Source of the DNA: Dehalococcoidia bacterium
GTDB lineage: Bacteria > Chloroflexota > Dehalococcoidia > Lucifugimonadales > UBA3495
Length of the DNA stretch: 64,000 nt
Reading direction: 5' to 3'
Assembly (NCBI GenBank): GCA_965205385.1
Contig: CBDBGS010000003.1
Span: forward strand, 80,691 to 144,690
Below the pieces are notes generated by a model. That model ran no database searches, was not told where the DNA came from, and worked only from the letters and a program-made list of their open reading frames with translations. Positions 16,281 to 25,958 of this stretch are shown here, piece after piece (the stretch's first letter is position 1; each line of letters opens with the position of its first letter). The position numbers and the translations under genes were made by a program.

Positions 16281-17726
16281 CTAAATCGTCAGCCCTTCTC
16301 CGAGCCAACTCCAATAGGGCAGGACGATCAGCATCAGGACGGCGATGGCTACCAGGGTCATGACCAGACCGAACCTGAACACCTCCGGAGCGCCAATGTT
16401 GGCCCGCTGGTAGATGAACACGCTGGCGGTGGCACCGGCGGGATAGTAGACCAGCGCGTCGCCCACGACCACCACGGCCAGGCCGCAGACCAAGGGGTTG
16501 AGCCCCAGGGACTGCCCGGTGGACATGGCCACCGGTATCATGAACGCCAGGTAGCCCGAGATGTTCGGCATCATCAACCGGACGACCGCCGAGGCCGCGC
16601 CCAGTGCCAAGAGCAACAGTAATGGATAACTCCCGATCCCGGCCACCGCTCCAACCAACATTTGCGCGAACCAACCCGCCGCTCCGCTGGTGGCAAGGGC
16701 GTGAGCCAGAGACAGAGACGAGGCGATGACGAAGAAGTTGCTCCACCCAAGGCCCTGCTCGAACTCCCGCCAGGAGAGCAGTCCGAGGCCGGGAATCAGT
16801 ATGATCGTCATGGCGATGAAGGCGGGCACGGCAGGCGGCAAACCGTGAGCGAAGTCGGTGAACCAAAGAAGCGCGGTACAGAGCGCGATCACCGCGGCCT
16901 TCTTCTCCGGAAGGGTGATGGGGCCGAGTGGCAGGCATGCGCTACCGCGTGGGCCGTCCGAAGAAAACCCCGAGCGGTACATGAGGAAGAGAATCGCTCC
17001 CCCAATGGCCAACATGGTGTAGAAGGGCAGCGCCATCATGATAAACCATCGGGTCCAGGAAAAGTCTCCGATCAGGGCGGAAGCCACCACGGGGGTGATT
17101 CCCCCAGCCAAAAGCGCGGTGGAGGCCAGCCTGTTCAGCGAACCCATGGCCAACATCACAACCTTGTTTAGCGCCTCTCCCTTGGTAATCCCCCAATGGT
17201 CCAGCACCTCTTCGTAGATATGGACCATGATGGCCCCCCTGGTGGAGGCGGACGGGAGGGCAAAGGTCAACGCGGCGAACGACACCAGCATCTGGACGTA
17301 GAGGATTCGTGGGGCCCCACCGGCCAGACGGATGATCTGCGCCGCCATGCGTTGGGCCAGCCCTGAGTTGTGGACCGCCAGGCCGAGAGTCAGAATGCCG
17401 ACCAGAAAGTAGGTGACCGGCTGGGCAAAGCCGTAAAGGCCCGCGCCCATGTCTGGGACCGCTCCGAGCAATACCAGGAGCAGTATGCTGGCCATCCCGG
17501 TGACGGCTATGGGCACGGCCTCGGTGGCCCACAGTACAACCGCCATGGCCATTACCGCAAGCGCGCGTTGCCCCTCCGGAGTCAGGGTTTCGGGCGAGGG
17601 AGCCAACAGGACCGCGCCCAGGGCCAGTAAAGGAGGAGCAGCTTTGACGATTACGACTGACGGGCGAACGGCCGTAGTGGTTGGAGCCTCTGTCAACTTG
17701 TTGACGGCTTTTCTCCTAAAAAACAA
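16281..17726 (-). CDS. SLC13/DASS-family anion permease
   Basis: 481 aa, polytopic, with sequence typical of Na+/dicarboxylate or sulfate symporters (...AMAVVLWATEAVPIAVTGM...). Confidence 0.8.
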   Translation of the reverse strand: MFFRRKAVNKLTEAPTTTAVRPSVVIVKAAPPLLALGAVLLAPSPETLTPEGQRALAVMAMAVVLWATEAVPIAVTGMASILLLVLLGAVPDMGAGLYGFAQPVTYFLVGILTLGLAVHNSGLAQRMAAQIIRLAGGAPRILYVQMLVSFAALTFALPSASTRGAIMVHIYEEVLDHWGITKGEALNKVVMLAMGSLNRLASTALLAGGITPVVASALIGDFSWTRWFIMMALPFYTMLAIGGAILFLMYRSGFSSDGPRGSACLPLGPITLPEKKAAVIALCTALLWFTDFAHGLPPAVPAFIAMTIILIPGLGLLSWREFEQGLGWSNFFVIASSLSLAHALATSGAAGWFAQMLVGAVAGIGSYPLLLLLALGAASAVVRLMMPNISGYLAFMIPVAMSTGQSLGLNPLVCGLAVVVVGDALVYYPAGATASVFIYQRANIGAPEVFRFGLVMTLVAIAVLMLIVLPYWSWLGEGLTI

Positions 17727-17797
17727 TAGTCCCCGGTATCACTACCGGGGACTCGATGTTTGGTTTACTGTTGTTGGCCGCTGGTCCCCATTCCCGC

Positions 17798-18571
17798 TTA
17801 AGAGACCTGGGGTTTTCGCCCCTTTCGATCTAGGAAGTCCTTGAACCCCTCTTCCACCGACAGTCCCCTGAATCGGCCAGAGCGTGCGCCGATTTCGTTC
17901 TGGTATTGTTCTTCCAGGGACAGGCCCGTGTGCTCAAGGAGCATCTGCTTAATGTTGGCCACGCCCTGGACTCTGTTCTTGGCGAAGCCCGCGCCCACTT
18001 CGATCGCCTTGTCCAACAGATCTTCGGAAGGCACGAGGTGGTTGAGCAGACCGATGCGGTATGCTTCTTCGGCGAAAATTTCACGACCGCTGTAGAGCAG
18101 CTCTTTGGCCCTGGGCCAACCCACCATCATGGGAAGGCTCCAGGTGGCGTTCATCTGTCCGTAGTTGACGGCGAGGAACCGGAAACTGGACTTCTCGCAA
18201 CCAATCAGCATGTCCAAGGATGTCGCCATGACCGTGCCGCCGCCGTAGCAGAGGCCGTTGATCGCGCCGATGACCGGTTTGGCAACAGTGGCTAGACGCC
18301 AGGTATAGTCGGACCGGATTCCGGTAATGCGTTCTCTCTCTTCGTCACCCAGCTCACGGTTTTCGTGAATGTCGGCTCCGGCGGAGAAGGCCCGTTCCCC
18401 GTCACCGGTAATTACAATGGCTCCGACACCGTCGTCTTCTTCCATTGCCCCGATAACCTGGTCAAGCTCGGTGACCAGCTTGAAATTCAACGCGTTCAAG
18501 ACCTCGGGCCGGCTGAGGGTGATTATGGCCACTCGGTCTACCTGGTCGGTCTTTATGGCCTCATAAACCAT
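17798..18571 (-). CDS. enoyl-CoA hydratase/isomerase family protein
   Basis: VAIITLSRPEVLNALN, FSAGADI, GLCYGGGTVMATSLDMLIG. Confidence 0.85.
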   Translation of the reverse strand: MVYEAIKTDQVDRVAIITLSRPEVLNALNFKLVTELDQVIGAMEEDDGVGAIVITGDGERAFSAGADIHENRELGDEERERITGIRSDYTWRLATVAKPVIGAINGLCYGGGTVMATSLDMLIGCEKSSFRFLAVNYGQMNATWSLPMMVGWPRAKELLYSGREIFAEEAYRIGLLNHLVPSEDLLDKAIEVGAGFAKNRVQGVANIKQMLLEHTGLSLEEQYQNEIGARSGRFRGLSVEEGFKDFLDRKGRKPQVS

Positions 18572-18966
18572 GCTATTTCTCCTTTACTAGGGACTGCAGA
18601 CAGGAATGAAGGGTCTGCAGCGTGGATCGGTGTTTATGATAATCCACAGCCCAAAGGCAAGGCAAATTTAGGTGACTTAGCCGCAGGGTCCTTTAATTGT
18701 CCGCCCATAAAACCATTCTCCCCCTTTTCCGAAAAGGGGCGATGATGTAATGGCCGACGGCGCCAACGATTAAGATGCCTGGTTTAGCCACATTGGGGTC
18801 TGTTTTCCGCGCTTGGTCCAGCGCGCGAGGGCGTAGACAGAGTAGGTCTTCTGGAACTTGGCGTGGAGATGCCGCCGGCGGGTGTCACGGGGCATGGATC
18901 GTTGCGTCATGTGGGCGCTGCTAGTATGCTTTTCTGGCTTCAAGAACCAGGGACCAGGAGAACGCC

Positions 18967-20295
18967 ATGGGTTTCGCGCACCGGTTGGCCGAGTGGGTCG
19001 AAGGGACCTCATTCGATCAACTGCCCCCTCGCGTGCTGGATGCTTCCAAGGAGATGATGGTCAACGCGGCTGCCGTGGCTCTGGCGGGCGCGGCCCAGCC
19101 CGACGGCCTGGCGGTGACCAAGTTTGCTCAGGAAATGCGGGGCAATGGTAAATGCACCATCATCGGCATGGGGCTTCGCTCATCGCCGGTGTATTCGTGC
19201 CTGGCCAACGGGACGATGGTCAGGATGCTGGACTTCGACGACGAGTTGGCGGACTCGGCTGCCCACCCCAGTTGCGTGGTCTTTCCAGTGGTAATGGCCC
19301 TGGGCGAAATGCACGGGTTCTCCGGGGCTGATGTCCTGAACGCTTTTGCCCTAGGCTGCGAGGTGCTGTGCAAGCTATCCCGGAGCGGTGAGGCCCGCGT
19401 TGACGGGGCTATGGGAGGGATTTCCGCCGGACCCGTGGCAGCCGCGTCGGCGGCGGGCAGGTTGTTGGGGTTGGGCAACGACCAGCTTGGGGCGGCAATC
19501 GCCTCCGCGATGAAAGGCCCTCGGATAGATGAACCGGGTGCGGTCTCACTGGCCAGGGCCGTCCAAAGTGGGCAGGCGGCCATGAACGGCGTGGCGGCGG
19601 CTCTGCTGGCCCAGGAGGACTTCGGGAGAGTGGGTCTAGGTGTAGAGTCTCCCAACTCCGCAGGCCGCGACGAATACGGCGGTTTCTTCGCCAGCCTGGA
19701 CGCATCTCATAGCCTGGTAGACCCAGGGGTGGTATTAAAGCCATTCGCCTGCAACACTGCTTCCCATGCCACGGTCGACGCCGTGCTGCAACTGGCGCAG
19801 CAGTACCGGATCGAAGCGGACGACGTTGACTCGGTGCGGGTTGAAGCCCCTGTCTCGGCGGTCGATGCCCTGGCCTTCCCCAACCCACGAGACGGCTGGG
19901 AGGCCCGGGAGAGTCTGCACTACGTGGTAGCGGCGTCGCTGCTCTACGGACACCCTTTGATAGAACAGTTCAGCGATCTAGCCGTCCAGGAACCGGACGT
20001 TCTCGCTCTCATGGACCGGATCACCGTTGCGCCGTCACTGGAGCCATTGGCCTTCGCGCCACAGGCAAGCGAAGTCAGCGTGGTCCTGAGAGGCGGGCGG
20101 ACCCTTCAGCACCGGGTTGAGTTTCCCCGAGGCCACCCGGAAATGCCCCTGGAGAGGCAGGAGTTGGACGCCAAATTCCTGTACTGCAGCCGATACATCT
20201 TGCCTCCGGACCACATTGAGGGAGCGTTGGAGCAGTTCTGGGACCTGGAGAACGTTGCCGACGTTACCGGGTTGGCATCCATCCTGGGAGGGTGA
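18967..20295 (+). CDS. MmgE/PrpD-family protein (2-methylcitrate-dehydratase-like)
   Basis: 442 aa. The N-terminus ...LAEWVEGTSFDQLPPRVLDASKEMMVNAAAVALAG... and overall pattern are typical of the PrpD family. Confidence 0.8.
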   Translation: MGFAHRLAEWVEGTSFDQLPPRVLDASKEMMVNAAAVALAGAAQPDGLAVTKFAQEMRGNGKCTIIGMGLRSSPVYSCLANGTMVRMLDFDDELADSAAHPSCVVFPVVMALGEMHGFSGADVLNAFALGCEVLCKLSRSGEARVDGAMGGISAGPVAAASAAGRLLGLGNDQLGAAIASAMKGPRIDEPGAVSLARAVQSGQAAMNGVAAALLAQEDFGRVGLGVESPNSAGRDEYGGFFASLDASHSLVDPGVVLKPFACNTASHATVDAVLQLAQQYRIEADDVDSVRVEAPVSAVDALAFPNPRDGWEARESLHYVVAASLLYGHPLIEQFSDLAVQEPDVLALMDRITVAPSLEPLAFAPQASEVSVVLRGGRTLQHRVEFPRGHPEMPLERQELDAKFLYCSRYILPPDHIEGALEQFWDLENVADVTGLASILGG

Positions 20296-20335
20296 TCCTC
20301 CTGGCGAAATCACACGAATTTTTAGGAGGGACGCG

Positions 20336-21304
20336 ATGAAAGCGGTCCAAGCACACGAGGTTGGCGGCCCGGAGGTATTGCGCTACGAGGACGTTGCCGC
20401 ACCCGCGCCTGGCCCCGGCGAAGCCCTGGTGGACATCCGGTCCATAGGCGTCAACTACACGGACGTTTCCAGCCGGCGGGGCACCAATCCTCCGGCCAGT
20501 TTTCCGTGGACTCCAGGCAGGGAAGCGGCGGGAGTGGTCGCGGCGGTCGGTGAGGGGGTTAGCGAAGTGGCGGTGGGAGACCGGGTGGCCTACGCCATGC
20601 ACACCGGCTCATACGCCGAACAAGCCGTGGTCCCCTCTTGGTTGCTTGTGGGTCTGCCCGAGCAGACCGACTTCGCCACCGGAGCGTCGGCCATGCTGCA
20701 GGGTATGACCGCCCACTTCCTGGTCTTCGGCATCACGCGGCTTAACCCCGGAGACATGGCCCTGGTCCATGCCGGAGCGGGCGGCATGGGACTGCTGCTG
20801 ATCCAAATGTTGAAGCGTTTGGGAGTCCACGTTTTCACCACCGTTTCAACCGAAGCCAAAGGAGAGCTGGCGTCGGAAGCCGGAGCGGACAAGGTGATCT
20901 ACTACACCCGGCAAGACTTCGAGGAGGAGATAAAGAAGGCCGCGGGCGGAGAGGGGTTACGCATTATTTTCGACGCGGTGGGCCAGACCACATTCGCCAA
21001 GGGATTGAATTGTTTGGGACGCCGCGGCTATATGGCGCTGTACGGCCAGGCAAGCGGTCCCGTGGGACCCATAGACTCGGGATCACTCCGCAACGGCTCG
21101 CTTTTCTTGACCCGGCCTAGCCTGGGAGACTACACCGCCACGCGCGACGAGCTGTTGCAGAGGGCGGGCGAAGTGTTGCAATGGGTAGGGTCCGGGGAAT
21201 TGAACCTGCACGTTGGCCTCAGATTGCCCCTGTCCCAGGCGGAGGAGGCGCACCGGCAATTGGAAGGCCGTCAGACCGTTGGGAAGATACTGCTAACTCC
21301 CTAA
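20336..21304 (+). CDS. NADPH:quinone oxidoreductase-like medium-chain dehydrogenase
   Basis: MKAVQAHEVGGPEVLRYEDV..., AGAGGMGLLLIQ cofactor motif. ATG 20336 is preceded by AGGAGG. The track ORF start at 20117 overlaps the PrpD-like gene. Confidence 0.85.
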   Translation: MKAVQAHEVGGPEVLRYEDVAAPAPGPGEALVDIRSIGVNYTDVSSRRGTNPPASFPWTPGREAAGVVAAVGEGVSEVAVGDRVAYAMHTGSYAEQAVVPSWLLVGLPEQTDFATGASAMLQGMTAHFLVFGITRLNPGDMALVHAGAGGMGLLLIQMLKRLGVHVFTTVSTEAKGELASEAGADKVIYYTRQDFEEEIKKAAGGEGLRIIFDAVGQTTFAKGLNCLGRRGYMALYGQASGPVGPIDSGSLRNGSLFLTRPSLGDYTATRDELLQRAGEVLQWVGSGELNLHVGLRLPLSQAEEAHRQLEGRQTVGKILLTP

Positions 21305-21322
21305 CCCTCAACTGGCGATTTC

Positions 21323-22075
21323 CTACTGGGCGACCCAGCCTCCGTCGATTATCAGTTCGCTGCCGGTCATAAACGAGGACTCGTCGCTGGCGAGGAATAG
21401 CACGCCGTAGGCCACGTCTTCGGGCTCACCGTAGCGGCCCAACGGGATGCGGGAGACGGTCAAATCGTACCGTTCCTGGTCCGCCCGTCCAGCTTCGGTC
21501 ATGGGTGTGACGATGGGTCCTGGGTGGACCGAGTTGGCCCTGATCCCTTCCCTGGCGTATTGGATGGCGGTGGACTTGGTGAGCAACCGCACCGCTCCCT
21601 TGGACGCCTGATACTGTGGGCTGCTGTTGTCGACTCCCACGATGCCAAGTTGGGACGATATATTGATTATGGAGCCGCCCCCTGACCGGCGCATGGCGGG
21701 AATGGCTGTTTTCGTGCCGAGGAACACGCCCTTGGCATTGATGTCCATGGTGCGGTCCCAGTCGGCTTCGGTGGTTTCCTCGACGTTGCCGCCTCCGCCG
21801 ATGCCGGCGTTGTTCACGAGCACGTCCAGCCTGCCAAACGTGGATACCGCGGCGTCGATGGCGTTCCGCCACTGGGACTCGCTTGTCACATCCAGGGCAA
21901 TGAATAGCGCTTGACCGCCGGCCTCGCCGATCTCGGCGGTAACCCGGCGGCCCTCATCTTCCAGGACGTCTCCGATCACAACGCTTGCACCCTCGCTGGC
22001 GAACATTCGGGCTTCAGCAGCGCCCATCCCGCGAGCGCCCCCGCTGATTAAAGCCACTTTACCTTCAAGTCTCAT
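21323..22075 (-). CDS. SDR-family oxidoreductase
   Basis: MRLEGKVALISGGARGMGAA..., NNAG, YQASK. A paralogue of 12637..13392. Confidence 0.9.
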   Translation of the reverse strand: MRLEGKVALISGGARGMGAAEARMFASEGASVVIGDVLEDEGRRVTAEIGEAGGQALFIALDVTSESQWRNAIDAAVSTFGRLDVLVNNAGIGGGGNVEETTEADWDRTMDINAKGVFLGTKTAIPAMRRSGGGSIINISSQLGIVGVDNSSPQYQASKGAVRLLTKSTAIQYAREGIRANSVHPGPIVTPMTEAGRADQERYDLTVSRIPLGRYGEPEDVAYGVLFLASDESSFMTGSELIIDGGWVAQ

Positions 22076-22348
22076 CGTTCGACTCCTTGCTAAATCCCCG
22101 CGTTCGCGGGAGTTCTTGGTCTCTGAAGGGTCTCCGTTGCAGCCCTGGGCCTCAAGGGCCATGGCGAGTCGACCAGGGGACCCGTCGTCTTTATACAGGA
22201 TATGGATGAATGGTTGAAGATTCTGGCGCATTCAGGTCCGAACCGGGGATTTGGCCAGACAATGTAAGGATCCCACACATCTCCTCGAGATGAAGGACCA
22301 TGCGAATATTGGTTAAAGTTTAAGACTTGGGATATACTTTGCTCGTGC

Positions 22349-23665
22349 TTGGAATGGCCGTCAGGCCCACAATCGAGGGATTTGTTGAAGTATACCCGAA
22401 GTCCGAGAGCAGCCATACACCAGGTGCGTGAGCATTTGGGCCCTGGTATCCCGGAGCGTCTCTTGGCCCGGCTGTGGCAGAAGCGGGCGGCCCGGCAGGA
22501 ATGGTTTCGCACCCAGGCCGGGGCCAGAGTGCGAGTGTTATATCCGGGGCGGCCCGGCATCTCGGCGGGACCAGACTTCCGCAACGCAATCCTGGAAATG
22601 GAGGGTGTTGGCCGGGTCCAGGGGGACGTGGAAATTCACGTCCGTCAGCAGGACTGGGACGCCCACGGCCACACCGGCGACCCGAGGTACAACGGCGTCG
22701 TGCTGCATGTGGCTCTGGACGAACCTGCCGCTCCCACTGGTCTGGAAAGCGGCCGCAACACCCCGGTAGTCTCCATGTCGCCGCTGCTTACCCCGGAGGA
22801 CTCCGGAGCTGTTGGCCCCCACCCCGGACTGTGGCAACTTTTGGCGGAGCGTGGTTACCAACGCCCCGACACGGAAGGGGAGTTGGTCCGGTTGTTGGAC
22901 TATGCTGGAGACGTGCGGTTCTTGGACAAAAGCCGCCAGTACGCACGTTTCCTAGAGGAACAACCCGCGGCCCAGACCCTCTACGAAGGACTGCTGGAGG
23001 GGCTGGGCTACCAGCACAATCAACACCCGTTTTCCCTTTTGGCCCATCGCGCCCCCTACCAGGCACTCGCCGACGCGGCCCTGCGCCTGCCATCGGGGAG
23101 CCGGGTTGCGGCGGTAGAGGCATGGCTTGCTCATCTATCCGGTCTGCGCCCCGGAAACTGTGTCAGTGACGCGCCGGGAATTCCGAAAGGGTTGGGTCCG
23201 CGGATGGACCCGGACTTCTGGAACTGTTTTCGGGTCCGGCCCGCCAACCATCCCTTGCGGAGGATAGCCGGGGCCGCCGGTCTGATTGACAGGTCCCTGG
23301 AAACAGGGTTGGTGGAGGCTCTGTGCCGTGAGGCTGAATCGCGTACGCCGAAGATCCTGACCGCAGCCCTATCGGTGGTGGGTCAGGGAAAGGCTTCCGC
23401 TGCCATCGGACAGGCCCGCGCCAGAGACCTGGCAATTAACGTGGTCTTGCCGTTGCTACACGCGTTGGCGGAGGGGGCGGAAGATTCTGGAAGGTCCGAG
23501 GACTGCTTGGAGTTGTATTCCCGTTTTGGCAAAGGGCAGGAAAACGAATTGACGCAGGAGATGATGGCGCGCCTGCTGGAGCCAGACTGGAGGGGGCTTG
23601 TATCCACCGCCCGGCGCCAGCAGGGGTTGCTGCATCTTCACCACGTCTTGACGGTCCCCGGCTGA
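22349..23665 (+). CDS. DUF2851-like protein
   Basis: ...YPGRPGISAGPDFRNAILEMEGVGRVQGDVEIHVRQQDWDAHGHTGDPRYNGVVLHVAL matches my memory of the DUF2851 signature. The start is uncertain (TTG 22349 or GTG 22424). Confidence 0.6.
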   Translation: MEWPSGPQSRDLLKYTRSPRAAIHQVREHLGPGIPERLLARLWQKRAARQEWFRTQAGARVRVLYPGRPGISAGPDFRNAILEMEGVGRVQGDVEIHVRQQDWDAHGHTGDPRYNGVVLHVALDEPAAPTGLESGRNTPVVSMSPLLTPEDSGAVGPHPGLWQLLAERGYQRPDTEGELVRLLDYAGDVRFLDKSRQYARFLEEQPAAQTLYEGLLEGLGYQHNQHPFSLLAHRAPYQALADAALRLPSGSRVAAVEAWLAHLSGLRPGNCVSDAPGIPKGLGPRMDPDFWNCFRVRPANHPLRRIAGAAGLIDRSLETGLVEALCREAESRTPKILTAALSVVGQGKASAAIGQARARDLAINVVLPLLHALAEGAEDSGRSEDCLELYSRFGKGQENELTQEMMARLLEPDWRGLVSTARRQQGLLHLHHVLTVPG

Positions 23666-23694
23666 GCGACGGTAGACGGGCCAAAGCCGGATAT

Positions 23695-24033
23695 CTATTC
23701 GGCGAGAGGCACCGCTAGGGAGACCCGGAAATCCTCGCCGAGACTGCGGGCAATGTGACCGTGGCCCGTCAGGTCTTCAGCCACAAGCACGTCTCCGGGA
23801 ACCAACTGGACTTTGGCGCCGTCGGCAACCTCGAACTCCGCGGTCCCTGAGAGGTTCACCACATACTGACGCCGGGGCGCGGTGTGGTAGTCGGAGAACG
23901 ACGGGGAGGTGCGCTGGTTCAAGTTGATGTCCCCACCACCTATCGGGAACACTAGCTTGGCAAATTCGTCGCCTGTCAGGTCCTGGAAGTGGGACTCTCC
24001 ATCGTCGCCGGAGTAAACACGGACTATACGCAT
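23695..24033 (-). CDS. small cupin-like protein
   Basis: 112-aa beta-rich ORF (...YVVNLSGTAEFEVADGAKVQLVPGDVLVAEDLTGHGH...). Confidence 0.6.
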   Translation of the reverse strand: MRIVRVYSGDDGESHFQDLTGDEFAKLVFPIGGGDINLNQRTSPSFSDYHTAPRRQYVVNLSGTAEFEVADGAKVQLVPGDVLVAEDLTGHGHIARSLGEDFRVSLAVPLAE

Positions 24034-24211
24034 AACGGTCCTCCTTGTGGCTTAAATAGGCTGCCGCCAAACAGCTTAGCGGCAAGATGCAAGGGAAGCA
24101 ACTTTCCATGAAAATCATGCTGGACTCCTTTTCCCGCCGTGTTCCGGTTTATAATTACGCTACGAGAAGCACGGAGAGTGCAATCGGATAGCGGGAACCA
24201 AGGTGGCCAAT

Positions 24212-24496
24212 ATGAAGGAATGGATTACGCCAATAGGTGTAATTGCCATAATTGCGCTTCTCTCGTGGTTTATTTGGGACGATCTGAAAGACCTTCGGAA
24301 TGACGTACATTCAATCGAGGTGCGTCTTGCGGTTGTCGAAACGGACTTTGCCCATCTGAAGGAATACGTTGCCGAAATCAAGGACGACATAAAGAGCATC
24401 AAGGAAATCTTGGAAAGTATGCAATCAACCCGTGCCGCACATTCGGAACCATTACCTGGGGCGTCTCTGGCTTCTTACGCGGAATACGGGCAATAG
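24212..24496 (+). CDS. small membrane-anchored coiled-coil protein
   Basis: One N-terminal TM segment (WITPIGVIAIIALLSWFIW) is followed by a heptad-like charged helix. AAGGTGG precedes ATG 24212. Lies in the lower-GC islet. Confidence 0.5.
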   Translation: MKEWITPIGVIAIIALLSWFIWDDLKDLRNDVHSIEVRLAVVETDFAHLKEYVAEIKDDIKSIKEILESMQSTRAAHSEPLPGASLASYAEYGQ

Positions 24497-24513
24497 GGGG
24501 CTGCTTGCCGCAA

Positions 24514-25398
24514 TTACAGCGGCGTGTAAATCCAGCCTTCGCGTTTGGCTGCTTCCTCCTCAGTCATAGTCAACGCTTCCTCAGATGCCCGGTTACACCG
24601 GTTGGGGTCCGGCAACTTGCCGCAATCTTTTCGTGTGTCTGTCGGGTGATGGAACTCGCTCTTAGCCAACTCCCATCGAGCGGCCACAACCGCCGCAACC
24701 AAGGAGTCTAGGCCGTCGTGGCTTGTGAGATAGATTCCCCTGAAGGCGTCGAGATTGGCTATCCCTACATTCGATCTAGAGGCCAATTCCCGCAAGATTT
24801 CCTTTCGGTTTTCTTTAATCTCATTTGCATCCCCGTTGTCCTTGTATGGCCCATACAAGAGACCGAAAGACTCCATCGCTGCCCCCGGCATGACTTCAAG
24901 CAACGCTGGCCCGTTGCGTCCTGAGTCATCAAGCGGCGGAACTCGGAAGCCGGATGTGGACTCCCAAAGCCGGTGCAACATCTGCATCCCGTAGAAGGTC
25001 ATTGGCCTTATTCGAGTGTTCAAGCAGGACAAAGGCCTGATGGAGTAAAGGTCGCCTATGCGTAGTGGATGTTTCTTGCCCTTCTCCATCTGCGCCGCAT
25101 AGCCTTCACACTTGGCGTTGAAGTCACAAAGCTTCATGTTGGTAGCGGTGCTCCACAGATCAGGCATTTCGCCTGAATCAGGCTGCCAATACCTCGCGAA
25201 GGCTATAGGAACGGAAAACGGGAAGTCCATAGCCGCCACTGCATAGCTTTCTACCCTTAATTTCCCTATCAGGTCAGCTCGCTTGATGGAGCGGCAGTCA
25301 CTGATTGTCAACTCGGCACCTTGAAGCTGCCCCTCGGTTATCCAAGTATTGGTGTCGCGTTTGTCGCCGCTGAAGTCTACGCCGATTATCTTAACCAT
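24514..25398 (-). CDS. DUF429-like protein (predicted RNase-H-fold nuclease)
   Basis: N-terminal IIGVDFSGD, LLEVMPGAAM and HDGLDSLVAAVVA resemble the three conserved acidic motifs of DUF429 (memory-based). Lower-GC gene. Confidence 0.55.
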   Translation of the reverse strand: MVKIIGVDFSGDKRDTNTWITEGQLQGAELTISDCRSIKRADLIGKLRVESYAVAAMDFPFSVPIAFARYWQPDSGEMPDLWSTATNMKLCDFNAKCEGYAAQMEKGKKHPLRIGDLYSIRPLSCLNTRIRPMTFYGMQMLHRLWESTSGFRVPPLDDSGRNGPALLEVMPGAAMESFGLLYGPYKDNGDANEIKENRKEILRELASRSNVGIANLDAFRGIYLTSHDGLDSLVAAVVAARWELAKSEFHHPTDTRKDCGKLPDPNRCNRASEEALTMTEEEAAKREGWIYTPL

Positions 25399-25421
25399 GG
25401 TTTTCAGTTCGCAAGTTTGCG

Positions 25422-25865
25422 CTATAGAGTTAGTTCGGCGGGAATCAGGCGGCGATTTTTTGCGTCGGCGGCTAAGGCAAACGCCTCCAGCGCCATTGCT
25501 CCCAGCAATACCTTTTCGCTGTCAACGCCAAAGATGACGTGTACGTCGTCGGATTGACCTTCCAGTTCCAAGTTGGCCCGCCCAATGGAAAGCTCCCTTT
25601 TTGAACCATCAGCCAGGCTGAATAAACGTGATCGAATTCGTTCTATACCCAATTCCTCCAGGATGGACGCCGGAATCAGGGTATAAGACGCGCCTGTGTC
25701 AACCAACGCGTTCAGAGTACGGGATTGAGTCCTGCCCTGGTTCCAGATGACGAAATCGACGTAGAATGTCCCCACTTCGCCTCCAACTGTGGTTCCCGGG
25801 AGGATAATCCACTCCTCGGGCGGCTGGTGTTCTGGGGCCTTTGCAGTACTGCTTACCGTATCCAT
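25422..25865 (-). CDS. retropepsin-like (clan AA) aspartic protease
   Basis: ALVDTGASYTLIP active-site D-T-G motif in a 147-aa protein, 23 bp upstream of the DUF429-like gene. Confidence 0.65.
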   Translation of the reverse strand: MDTVSSTAKAPEHQPPEEWIILPGTTVGGEVGTFYVDFVIWNQGRTQSRTLNALVDTGASYTLIPASILEELGIERIRSRLFSLADGSKRELSIGRANLELEGQSDDVHVIFGVDSEKVLLGAMALEAFALAADAKNRRLIPAELTL

Positions 25866-25958
25866 TGGCCTATCCTCTTTATGATAGAATGGGCCACGGC
25901 CTGAAGCCTGCCGTTTCCGACTGTGACCGCCAGTATATCATCGCATAAGAGGAGCGAT

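Noticed and set aside
15823-16938. 371-aa ORF listed on the minus strand
   Set aside because: Only the last 147 aa form a cupin domain with its own ATG and GGAG site. The upstream two thirds are Arg/Gly/Pro-rich and overlap out of frame the well-supported same-strand SLC13 permease gene, which is a typical high-GC frame artefact.
18770-19012. 80-aa minus-strand ORF in the intergenic region before the PrpD-like gene, considered as a possible transposase or IS remnant
   Set aside because: The basic, low-complexity sequence matched no motif I could name. It overlaps the PrpD-like start region. I saw no inverted repeats or target duplications.
20117-20335. N-terminal 73-aa extension of the quinone-oxidoreductase-like ORF
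   Set aside because: It overlaps the 3' end of the PrpD-like gene in another frame. ATG 20336 has a perfect AGGAGG site and gives the canonical MKAVQ... start of this enzyme family.
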